Below, in pieces: positions 43,624 to 52,285 of a DNA stretch of 64,000 nt; the first letter of the stretch is position 1; each line of letters begins with the position of its first letter. Below the pieces are notes generated by a model. That model was not told the DNA's origin and did no database searches. It was given only the letters and a program-made list of their open reading frames with translations. The stretch comes from a virus, in IMG/VR virus record IMGVR_UViG_3300007539_000009, positions 96,001-160,000 of that record. One strand, written 5' to 3'. The position numbers and the translations under genes are program-made.

Positions 43624-44268
43624 TCAGTCAATGACGCGGACCTTGTTGTGCTTGGCCAGGCAGCCCTGGTGGTGCTGGATTGTGCTGAACGAGTCCTCGC
43701 ACTCGATGGGCCAAGGGTAGTACTCCTGGAGCTCCGGAAGGCGGCGACGGTTGATGTAGAGGTCTGCTGGCTCGGCGTTATGCACATCAGCCAGCAACGC
43801 CTCAGCACCTGCCGGAGTGACGTAGTATCCGTGCGCACCACCCAGGTAGCCGCCGGGCTTTGACCGGAACGCGCCGAGCCCCGCCGCAGGGATATCGAAG
43901 TAGCCGAAGCTAGGCCGAGCCAGGTTGCAGACGTGAGTGACTTGGTCCAGCTCAGCAGGCAGCGGAGCCTTGAATACTGCGTCGTGCTCTAGCACCAGAA
44001 CAGGGTATCCCTCCCTGGCAGCCTCGAGCCAAGCAAGGCGGTGCGACAAGAAGGTCGCCATGCACGGCACAGGCCGAGAATAGTTGTTGTACAAGAACGG
44101 ACGCTTGTTGAGCTTTAGCAGGTCGAACTGAGTTTCTGGATTGTCCTCAGCAGTCACTGCCGGAAGCCGTGTCACGTCTACTCCATGCTCTTCACCGCTC
44201 CTGATGCAGCGATCTGCGACTTCACACGACTTCGCGTGCTCCATCATCGTGATGACGTACGTCTTCAT
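43624..44268 (-). CDS. Glycosyltransferase family 25-like
   Basis: TYVIT..C..SH..AW..VLVLEHDAVF..GAHGYYVTP.GA. Confidence 0.85.
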   Translation of the reverse strand: MKTYVITMMEHAKSCEVADRCIRSGEEHGVDVTRLPAVTAEDNPETQFDLLKLNKRPFLYNNYSRPVPCMATFLSHRLAWLEAAREGYPVLVLEHDAVFKAPLPAELDQVTHVCNLARPSFGYFDIPAAGLGAFRSKPGGYLGGAHGYYVTPAGAEALLADVHNAEPADLYINRRRLPELQEYYPWPIECEDSFSTIQHHQGCLAKHNKVRVID

Positions 44269-44963
44269 GCGAGTGTGCTGGGGGTGTGCTGAACGGTTGT
44301 GTAGTAAGTGGTGCTTACGCCGATGTCAGGGAACAGTTGTCGGCACATGAGCGCATCATTCGGCCAGCAGCCAAGCTCTTTGGCTTTGTCGATGAGCTGC
44401 TGCGATAGCTTCGGGGAGACCATGTAGGCGCTATGACCGGCCAGCCCTTGCGGCACATGCGGCTCATCAACTTCAGGCACCGGGATGGCGAGCTCTCCGG
44501 CCTCGGCTGCCTTGGTCACCAGAGCGTGGAATACGTTAGAGCGTCGTGTAGCGCCACGAGGGTCGTTGATTCCTACAGCGGACAGGCCGCAATAGGTCAG
44601 AGGCTCAGGATCCAGATGCTTGACGAAGCGAGCATCATCCTCCAGCACGATGATCCACTCACCTGACTCCGCACTATGCTGCCACAGTCGGTAGTGCGAC
44701 ATGAAGCAAGCCATGCGCGCGTCTCGGTTGCGCGTAGCGTAGGGGTGTAGCCGCAGACCTTCGGGACCATCCTCCTCTGCGTCCCACGGGTAAGTCCAAC
44801 GCAGACCCTCGGCCTCCATCTGATCACGTACGTTGAGCGGTGTGGTAGCCTCGAACTGCGCAACAGGGAACTGGTTCCTGTGGTCTTTGTGAGACTTGCA
44901 CAACACTTCGTAGCTGGCGCAGCTGGTCCGCTGATCCAACAACGTGATTACGTAAGCGTTCAT
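44265..44963 (-). CDS. Glycosyltransferase family 25-like
   Basis: NAYVITL..ACFMSHYRLW..IIVLEDDARF..GHSAYMVSP. Confidence 0.85.
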   Translation of the reverse strand: MNAYVITLLDQRTSCASYEVLCKSHKDHRNQFPVAQFEATTPLNVRDQMEAEGLRWTYPWDAEEDGPEGLRLHPYATRNRDARMACFMSHYRLWQHSAESGEWIIVLEDDARFVKHLDPEPLTYCGLSAVGINDPRGATRRSNVFHALVTKAAEAGELAIPVPEVDEPHVPQGLAGHSAYMVSPKLSQQLIDKAKELGCWPNDALMCRQLFPDIGVSTTYYTTVQHTPSTLA

Positions 44964-45553
44964 GCCTCTTTCGAAATCGCAGTGAAACCCACGTTGTCCG
45001 TGCAGTGGACAGAGACCGACCACCCATTAGACCTCCCCCAGGTAGTCAGCGCCCGATACAGCTGGTCGTTCTTGCGGCCGTTGACGATGCTGGTATCGTG
45101 AGCGACGATGTGCTTAGTTGCGTGAACTCCGTGAGCAGCCAGCTCAGCGAGCATATGACTCGCTGTGTGCATGGAGTCGATGACAAGCATGTCGCACGTG
45201 TCGTCTGCAGGCGCTGGCAGGGCTGAGTTCACCTCACGCACATCTAGGTCAATCCCCAGACGTAAGCAGTGCTCCTCTGCTAGCGGCGCCAAGAACTTGC
45301 GGTACTTGGCGAGATCGATGTCAATTAGGGTGATCCGCTTAGGCTGCGGCTGCAGCAGTAGTGCGTTAGATGCAGAACCACCTTGGTGTACCCCAAGTTC
45401 TTTGTAGGTGCGGCAGTCGCTACCGGACCACAAAGCTCGGATAGCTGCGTGCATAGCGCAGTACTGCTCGCCATGCGCAGCTTCCTGCTGCTTCACGATC
45501 GAATCGTGAAACTCGGCAACGGATGTCACCCCTGCTAGATCTGCGTTGATCAT
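44960..45553 (-). CDS. Class I SAM-dependent methyltransferase (Methyltransf_24-like)
   Basis: YKELGVHQGGS..DID..DMLVIDSMH..IVAHDT. Confidence 0.8.
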   Translation of the reverse strand: MINADLAGVTSVAEFHDSIVKQQEAAHGEQYCAMHAAIRALWSGSDCRTYKELGVHQGGSASNALLLQPQPKRITLIDIDLAKYRKFLAPLAEEHCLRLGIDLDVREVNSALPAPADDTCDMLVIDSMHTASHMLAELAAHGVHATKHIVAHDTSIVNGRKNDQLYRALTTWGRSNGWSVSVHCTDNVGFTAISKEA

Positions 45554-46239
45554 CTCGAGTCCTCGGCATACACGCCGGATGTGGAAGTAGGAACGTAGTC
45601 TAGGTGGGTCTTGAGCGCGCCTCGATGAGTATCCCACTGAGTCTCATCACGCGCGTTACCTACAACGACCGCAGTTTTTGCAGAGTAGGGCGTAACCTTC
45701 AGCTCGCCCTGACTGTTGATGTACCGGTTCATGTTGTCATGGCCGGCGAACCCAAGGGTCTCGTAGATGTCGTTGTACCTGGCTGCAGCGTCCGGTCCGA
45801 CGACGTAGCCGTGAGTGGCCTGCTCACGCCCGCACAAGTTGACTACACGGTTGCTGTACGGTTGGTTTGCGTCTAGCTGGCGACGAACAATCGCGTCATG
45901 CTCCAGTACTATGGCCGGAGAAGAGTTGGCAATGATCGACTTACGTACCTGGTAGTGCGACATAGTCATGCACTGCTGAATCACGATCATACGGTTCTCG
46001 ATCTCCGGCGTAGGCTCCTTACCTGCTTTGCGTCGGTAGTTGTTCAGTAGCCGCTCACGATAGTCAGCTCGAACTGGCCAACCCGGGTAGAACTGCTCGA
46101 GCGTGGCCGGGACCACCGCGTCAAACAACGCAGGAGTGATGCCGTGCGCCAGACATGAATCAACGCAGCGTTGCGTCAGCGCCTGGACTTTAGGACTGTC
46201 GAAGGCATTGACGGTGGTGATGATGTAGGCGTTGAACAT
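45550..46239 (-). CDS. Glycosyltransferase family 25-like
   Basis: NAYIIT..FDAV.P..C.MSHY..IVLEHDA..HGYVV.P.AA. Confidence 0.75.
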   Translation of the reverse strand: MFNAYIITTVNAFDSPKVQALTQRCVDSCLAHGITPALFDAVVPATLEQFYPGWPVRADYRERLLNNYRRKAGKEPTPEIENRMIVIQQCMTMSHYQVRKSIIANSSPAIVLEHDAIVRRQLDANQPYSNRVVNLCGREQATHGYVVGPDAAARYNDIYETLGFAGHDNMNRYINSQGELKVTPYSAKTAVVVGNARDETQWDTHRGALKTHLDYVPTSTSGVYAEDSR

Positions 46240-47042
46240 CAGGGCAACGCCCACTCAGAGACAGGTTGGTTGACGACCGTGCGGTGCCAGGCAGCGTCGT
46301 GGTCATCAGCACCTCGCAACTGCACGTGCACAAACTTGGTGTCGGATGTGCGCGTATCGATTACTGCTCTGGGTGAGGTCTTGGACTCACCGTCGTAGTG
46401 GACATAGCTGTTCCACCCACTAGGTAGCAGTGTGTAGGGCATCTTCGATACAGCAACCGCCGCGTGCATGTACGGCTGATCGAGCGAATAGAACTTGGGA
46501 AGGCCGGATTTCCGCATCACGTCGATGTAGCGCTGAAAGGCAGGCCAATGCTGTCGAGCAAACTCGCGGCCCTCCTTGGTGTACACCACCACACCACTGT
46601 TGAAGACATGCGGGTTACCTGCCGCATTTCTATGCACGTCTACGCCGTAGTGCGCTTTGACGGCAGAAGCATGGCGCTCGTCTGCTTTAGTGTTGATGGC
46701 ACTAGAGGCCGTCAGATGCGACAGCTCCTTGTGAGGCTCGCTGCAGAACCCTATGTGCGAGATGTCTACGTCAAAGATGCTGTCTTCTAGCCCGTCGACT
46801 GCGAACACGTCCGTGTCAACGAACATGATCTTGTCGTACTCGCCAAAGTCATCGTCGTTGTATACCGGCTCAAACGCGTTGTAGTACTCAGGTGCGGAGC
46901 ACAGCGTAGATGCCCAGGTAGGGTTGGTTGCGAACCGGTACTCCGCGCCTACACGGTCGGCGTAGGATCGCATGTTCTCCCGCCCCGCACTGACCCCGAT
47001 GCCTGGAGAACCTAGCCAGTATTGGTAGATCAGGTTAGTCAC
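46239..47042 (-). CDS. GT-A glycosyltransferase (GT8/GT34-like)
   Basis: IMFVDTDVF, FNSGVVV, DQPYMH, WN..FVH. Confidence 0.8.
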   Translation of the reverse strand: MTNLIYQYWLGSPGIGVSAGRENMRSYADRVGAEYRFATNPTWASTLCSAPEYYNAFEPVYNDDDFGEYDKIMFVDTDVFAVDGLEDSIFDVDISHIGFCSEPHKELSHLTASSAINTKADERHASAVKAHYGVDVHRNAAGNPHVFNSGVVVYTKEGREFARQHWPAFQRYIDVMRKSGLPKFYSLDQPYMHAAVAVSKMPYTLLPSGWNSYVHYDGESKTSPRAVIDTRTSDTKFVHVQLRGADDHDAAWHRTVVNQPVSEWALP

Positions 47043-47656
47043 AGCTGAACACGCAGAGTGGGTCGTCCGTACGTGTATTTACCTGCACGGCCTCGGTGGT
47101 CCGTGAACCGAGGACTGAGCCACTCGTCCGTGACGCGCCACCCAAGCTCCTCGATTAACGCAAGCACGTCTTCTCGGTGGTATGACAGCGGGTCCATGGG
47201 CGTCGGCTTCCACCCAGGACCTGCCGGGTGCATCTCAAAGATCAAGCTACCGCCGTCGGATACCTGCCCCAACCAGACCTCGAGCGTCTCTTTCGGGCAG
47301 ATGCTGTGGTCAAACGAGTTGGAGTAGACAATGTCAAACGCCTTCTTCCACTCGTCCTTCGGCTTAGAAAAGTCCCACTGCACGGTGTCCGGGAAGCTGG
47401 TAGCTGTGGAGCTAATCTCTGTTCCTAGCACCTTGGCGTCGGGATACGCCTTCTTGAAGTACTGCTGCTCGTAGCCAGCGCGTGTACCGTGGCACAAAAC
47501 ACTGGCAGCTTCGGGGATGCGGTCTTTGATGGCCTGCATCACCTCCATGCCAACACCCGAATGACTACGGAGCTTCTTGCGATTGCCGTGCTCCTGCGCC
47601 TTGACGTATTCGTCGTACGATCCGTACTTGTAGAGTTCCATGGTGCTGCGCGTCAC
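47039..47656 (-). CDS. Class I SAM-dependent methyltransferase
   Basis: VLCHGTRAG.E..GTEIS..DF..FDIVYSNSFDH. Confidence 0.8.
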   Translation of the reverse strand: MTRSTMELYKYGSYDEYVKAQEHGNRKKLRSHSGVGMEVMQAIKDRIPEAASVLCHGTRAGYEQQYFKKAYPDAKVLGTEISSTATSFPDTVQWDFSKPKDEWKKAFDIVYSNSFDHSICPKETLEVWLGQVSDGGSLIFEMHPAGPGWKPTPMDPLSYHREDVLALIEELGWRVTDEWLSPRFTDHRGRAGKYTYGRPTLRVQL

Positions 47657-48411
47657 ACGCGCGGTCGGCCTTTGATGGTGAGAAGCTCCTCAGGATCCTG
47701 GCTGCGCAGGTGGTCCTTGAGGAAGAAGTGAACGAAGTGAGCCTTGTCGATAGCTCCGTCCTCGAGAGCTCCATACAGCGCGTTCCAGTGCCAGTTCATC
47801 TCGAACACGTTAGCTCCGCAGCTACGGATCCAGGTATTCAGCAGTGTCTGATCGGTGCTCCACTTGTACGCGCCACGTCCGTCTACGAACTTCTGGAACT
47901 CCGGACGCGCTAGGAACTCTGCTGGTGACTCGGGGCAGTACTGTCTGAGACTAGCGTTCATCACCATCAGTCCCATGTTCATGAACGGGAACTGCGGATC
48001 GCCGTACTGAGCTTGCGAGTACCCGTCGAGCTTCCTGGCGTACTGGCGAGTGATGGGCAGGTGCCGCTCGACTACACCGCCGAAATCCGCGTCGATAGGA
48101 AGATGCTCAAACACGTTGGGCGCGTTGTCGCGGATCCAGATATCGGAATCCACGATAGCCACCTGGTCGTACTCTTCGCCAAGCAGTGCTAGCGCGTTCT
48201 CCTTCTCGAAGATAGGGAGGTACCCTAGGCGTTCGACTGCGTTGCGGCTACGCCCGTTGGTCTCGGGGTTGGGCCTGATGCGCAGGATGGGCTCACGCTG
48301 AACTTTGTAGTCAATGCTGTGGCGCCGGCAATACTCAGCCACAGTAGCGGTGCACTTGTCGTAGAGCGGAACCTCTTTACCGACATACACCTGGTAGATG
48401 AGTCGCTTCAT
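47653..48411 (-). CDS. GT-A glycosyltransferase (GT8/GT34-like)
   Basis: AIVDSDIWI, NMGLMVMN, DQTLLN, WNAL..FVHFF. Confidence 0.8.
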   Translation of the reverse strand: MKRLIYQVYVGKEVPLYDKCTATVAEYCRRHSIDYKVQREPILRIRPNPETNGRSRNAVERLGYLPIFEKENALALLGEEYDQVAIVDSDIWIRDNAPNVFEHLPIDADFGGVVERHLPITRQYARKLDGYSQAQYGDPQFPFMNMGLMVMNASLRQYCPESPAEFLARPEFQKFVDGRGAYKWSTDQTLLNTWIRSCGANVFEMNWHWNALYGALEDGAIDKAHFVHFFLKDHLRSQDPEELLTIKGRPRV

Positions 48412-49013
48412 TTGATGGTGTTACGCAGACGACGGCTGGCCTGGTAGTGCTCGATCACCGCAGGCCCAGCGTTCCTCATGATGTCAAAGATCTTGGTGTA
48501 AGTAGCTGGCAGCTCTCTGACGCGAAGACCAGGCACGCCCTCGTCGATGACATGCTGCAGAGTGCGCTGATCCATCTCACCCGGCTTCTCCTTGTTCAGC
48601 GTCACCCACTTGTGCAGCAGGACCCGAGTAGCCTGTGTTGGGGTGAGGAACATGGTGCCGGACAGCAGCTCTCTGTTCTTGTTGAAACGCTTGTCTGGTC
48701 GGTAGTGAGCCGCAAAGTCACAGTTGTGTTCGCCTAGCGTGGCGAACAGCGAAGGCCGCGCTTTGATCCGCGCATCTGTGTCTACATACACGATCGGCTC
48801 TTTATGCCTCCAGATCTGCTCCTGCAGGAACTCGGCCTTGAGCTGGGTGTTGGAGAACCAGTTTCCGGTGCACGGTAACTCGCAGATTCGATAGTTGAGA
48901 TCGAACTGCTTAAGCGTCTCCTCTAAGCCTGCAGCCTCGTCCTTGTACGCAGAGCCTGCTGTGTAGAACGCAACGAACGTAGGTAACGGCCTATCGCCAA
49001 CGCGCTCAATCAT
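48408..49013 (-). CDS. Nucleotide-diphospho-sugar transferase (GT77-like)
   Basis: VAFYT..KAEF..IVYVDTDA..LSGTMFL..DQ.TL..LP..Y..IFD. Confidence 0.75.
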   Translation of the reverse strand: MIERVGDRPLPTFVAFYTAGSAYKDEAAGLEETLKQFDLNYRICELPCTGNWFSNTQLKAEFLQEQIWRHKEPIVYVDTDARIKARPSLFATLGEHNCDFAAHYRPDKRFNKNRELLSGTMFLTPTQATRVLLHKWVTLNKEKPGEMDQRTLQHVIDEGVPGLRVRELPATYTKIFDIMRNAGPAVIEHYQASRRLRNTIK

Positions 49014-49498
49014 TGGTCATTGGCCATGAGGGTCAGCTGATCGACTACACCAGCCAGCGACACGTCCTTGGCCATCGCACACCGACGCAGGACCTCGTAC
49101 ACCTGCTCGGCGGTCAGCGTGAAGTAGGTGCGCTCCTTGTCGATCACAGCAAGGATGTCCATGTCGAAGATCAGCGACAGGCCCTTGGCGTACTTCTCCT
49201 CGAGCGGACCCTCGAAGTGATAGCCGAGCGCGCGGCTCACCAGCACGGTATCCCCGACCGCTACTGTCAACGGGTGCAGCGTGCCGTCTTCCTGCTTGAT
49301 GACCTTCTGGCCGTCTTCTGTCTGCTGGACGAGCTCACCAAAGCCGAGAACCTCAGCCATGTACGCGCCGTCCTTCTCACGGTCAGCCGGCAGGAACAGC
49401 CCGGCCTCGGTGGTTACTTCTTCCGGCAGCCGGCGAACGAGGATGCGGCGACCAGCGGGGCGTACTTGGTGAATAGTGGGAAGTGATGAAGTAGGCAT
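49010..49498 (-). CDS. Divergent, extended GroES-like co-chaperonin
   Basis: RPAGRRILVRR..TEAGLFLPA..AEVLGFG..VAVGDTVLV..LIFDMDILAVI, plus about 40-aa C-terminal tail. Confidence 0.8.
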   Translation of the reverse strand: MPTSSLPTIHQVRPAGRRILVRRLPEEVTTEAGLFLPADREKDGAYMAEVLGFGELVQQTEDGQKVIKQEDGTLHPLTVAVGDTVLVSRALGYHFEGPLEEKYAKGLSLIFDMDILAVIDKERTYFTLTAEQVYEVLRRCAMAKDVSLAGVVDQLTLMANDQ

Positions 49499-49598
49499 GT
49501 CAGGAAAGTGTGCGCGGACGTTTCGTATCTATCAACGAAAAACGGCTCTGCCCCTGGTGAGAGAGACAGAGCCGTCGAGAGATGGAGAAGAGGCTACC

Positions 49599-49931
49599 TC
49601 AGGCTCGGCGGCGCGAGGCGCGCGCTTTGGTGCGCTTCGGAGCCTTGGCCCCGGTGACTGTGATCTTGGCCTTCTCGAGCGTGTCGCGGATCGATCCGAC
49701 GAGCTCGGGGTGGACAGCCACAGACTTGAGGCCGAAGCCGGGCCAGCGGTGGCGAAGAGCCGGGTGGTTCGGCGGCGTGGAGTTCGCTCGGAACTCCATA
49801 GCCACGTAATCACGCCTCAGGTTCTCATCCAGCGCGATGCGTACCTTGTTGAACCCAAGCTCGCCCGCCTTACGGGCGTCGTTGAGGTCAGTGGTGAATC
49901 GAGACGCAGTGCGCTTCATTGTTGTAGTCAT
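49599..49931 (-). CDS. Basic hypothetical protein
   Basis: 110 aa with K/R-rich C-terminus. Confidence 0.55.
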   Translation of the reverse strand: MTTTMKRTASRFTTDLNDARKAGELGFNKVRIALDENLRRDYVAMEFRANSTPPNHPALRHRWPGFGLKSVAVHPELVGSIRDTLEKAKITVTGAKAPKRTKARASRRRA

Positions 49932-49944
49932 CTAGTTGTGTGTA

Positions 49945-52275
49945 TCAAGCGGTTGTCTGTCGGAGCTGCAGCTCAGCGAGTAACGGAGCGATGTTCTCGA
50001 TGTTGGAGAGCTGCATCCCTTCCAGGGTTTCCATCGGGTCCTGACCCCAGCAGTACTGCGACACCATGTCACTTGCCGGATCTTCGATACCGAGCTGACG
50101 CCCGGCGAAAAGAGCTGTAGCGATCGAGATGGGGTACTGGAACGTACTCACCCCGGTCTTCGGTGCAGCCTGCACCTGCTCTTGTGTAGTGAAATACTCC
50201 TCGGGAGAGGTGGCGTCAAGAGGTCCAACCGCAAACTTGTAGTACGGACCATTTGCGCCAGGAACTCGGCCCAGATCATACAGTGCACGAGCGCTATCGT
50301 ACGCAACGCGGAGATACGTTTCGTACTCAGACGACCCCTCTCCGTACACGGCGCGGGCTGCGGTCAGGATGCCCCACTCCAAGATCGCCTCCTGATACGA
50401 GAGGCACGGAGCGTAGTCGTTGTTGAAGCCGTTGGTGGACAGCTCCTTGCTGTACTTGAAGACGCACAGGATTCCGCTGCGCACCTGGCCGTTCTTACAG
50501 GTTTCGAGGTACGAAGTCAGCCAGTTGCGGAACGAATCCCGGACCTTCGCTGTACCAGAGGCGTAAGCCACACCAATGCACTCAGCGCCCCATCCATGCT
50601 CACGACCCATGTACGTACCCATCTCAGGGTTGTCTTGGCTATTCTTGAGAAGGTGACCCAGGGCGGCTGTATACGTCCCGGTTCCTACGTCGAAGATGTC
50701 TGCACGCACCTGAGTGGCCAAGTCCTGCAGCAGACGCTTGGCCATCGGGTCGTTCCAGAACTGAGTCAGAGCCTTGGCTTCTTGCTTGATGCGCGCCCAG
50801 TGCTGGATGTCGATAGCGCCGTACGCCTTGATGATGTGCGCGTACGGGCAGGTCTTGTCAGGGTTGACGTGCTGGAACTCAGCACGCATACCAAACGGGT
50901 CTTGTGAGTAGCTGACCCAGTGGCGATACATGATCCCGTCGTACACCGGAGACGGGGTTACCGCAAAGTTGAACAGCCGGCCGTCAGTCTCCATGTAAGC
51001 ATTGATGTCCCACGGCTTACCGGTCTCCCCAATGAGGAAGCCGGCGTGGCGGTCCATGATGCACTCCATGCGAGACCGGATGTACTCGCCAGCGCCGGGT
51101 ACCGCCGCAATCAGCTCAGCCGGGAACTCCTGGTGATCGATGTCCGTGCCGCCGGTGGCGCCGCCGTACCCTGCACCTTTCGGGTGCAAGTAGCCGAAAG
51201 CCCCGATGGATTGGCCGTTTATGCCCAAATGCCAATCCCAGGGCTGCCCGGTGACGCGCCGCTGGTTGTGATCGACTACGCGCTCAGCAACCTGGCTAGC
51301 CAGTGTCGGTACGTGATCCAGGGTCGGGAGCGCAAAGCCCTCGGTCGTGATGGGGGTCTCAGGGTTGTGAGCACTCCAGAAGCGGTCACCACCCTCGTTG
51401 GTGCCGTCAACGAAGACACCCTCTCCGTTCAGCACTGACAGCGCAGCTGCGAAAGACTCGAAGCCTTCCGGCACGATCACGAACCGGAAGAGCTTGAGCT
51501 TGCTGTTGTAGATCCGGTGCACCTCATTCGGGCCCTGCAGCGCACGAATCAGGTTGAAGTACCGGTTGCCGTACTCGTCGGTCTCGATACCCCCTGCGTG
51601 GTGGGTCGGGCGCGTAGTGGCGGCACCAACTCCAATCGGCAGGTAGAGGCGGAGATCCTCGAAGTCGAGCGGGCTCGGGCACTTGGTGCTCTCCGGACCG
51701 AAGCCGGTGTGCCAGTACATGTCAACGACAATGCCCGGCTGGTTCGGCCAGGCGTGCACCATCGCAACGAATCCTCCAGCGTTTTCGAGCGACCGGCTAG
51801 GCTCCGGCTGATCAGGAGCCGGAACCAGCGTCCCGCTGGTCTCGAGAACGACCTCGGCACACCCCAGCTTCTCGAACTGGTTCTCCTCGCCGGTGTCGGC
51901 AAGGTCCATCATCAGGTCTGAGCGGTATCGATTACCGAAGGCATCAGTGAGCTGGACCCAAAAGTCCTGTTGGAGCATCCAGTTGATCGCAGGGTGCAGC
52001 GGCAAGACCGGGGCAACCCGCGGCGCGTCGGCTACAACAACATCGAGCTCAGCGGGCAGCCCTTTGCCGAAGGTGATGAGCTCAACTGACTGCGGAGTCT
52101 CGTCCGCACGACGCAGCGTCACCTCTCGCTGCGTAGGAAGGAGGGTGCCGTCAGGACGCCGGAACGCGAGCCGGTCTACGTCCGTGAAGTCTTTGGGCAG
52201 CGGCAGCACGCCGCGAGCTATCTGACCGAAAGGTCCGGGGGCGGGCGAGAATGAGAACTTTGCTACATGTGACAT
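49945..52275 (-). CDS. PcRGLX/YetA-like (exo-rhamnogalacturonan-lyase-fold) protein, complete paralog
   Basis: N-terminal RGVLPLP..DGTLLPTQ..VEL domain, beta-sandwich, helical C-terminal toroid-like region. Confidence 0.5.
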   Translation of the reverse strand: MSHVAKFSFSPAPGPFGQIARGVLPLPKDFTDVDRLAFRRPDGTLLPTQREVTLRRADETPQSVELITFGKGLPAELDVVVADAPRVAPVLPLHPAINWMLQQDFWVQLTDAFGNRYRSDLMMDLADTGEENQFEKLGCAEVVLETSGTLVPAPDQPEPSRSLENAGGFVAMVHAWPNQPGIVVDMYWHTGFGPESTKCPSPLDFEDLRLYLPIGVGAATTRPTHHAGGIETDEYGNRYFNLIRALQGPNEVHRIYNSKLKLFRFVIVPEGFESFAAALSVLNGEGVFVDGTNEGGDRFWSAHNPETPITTEGFALPTLDHVPTLASQVAERVVDHNQRRVTGQPWDWHLGINGQSIGAFGYLHPKGAGYGGATGGTDIDHQEFPAELIAAVPGAGEYIRSRMECIMDRHAGFLIGETGKPWDINAYMETDGRLFNFAVTPSPVYDGIMYRHWVSYSQDPFGMRAEFQHVNPDKTCPYAHIIKAYGAIDIQHWARIKQEAKALTQFWNDPMAKRLLQDLATQVRADIFDVGTGTYTAALGHLLKNSQDNPEMGTYMGREHGWGAECIGVAYASGTAKVRDSFRNWLTSYLETCKNGQVRSGILCVFKYSKELSTNGFNNDYAPCLSYQEAILEWGILTAARAVYGEGSSEYETYLRVAYDSARALYDLGRVPGANGPYYKFAVGPLDATSPEEYFTTQEQVQAAPKTGVSTFQYPISIATALFAGRQLGIEDPASDMVSQYCWGQDPMETLEGMQLSNIENIAPLLAELQLRQTTA

Positions 52276-52285
52276 GTGCGCTTGA

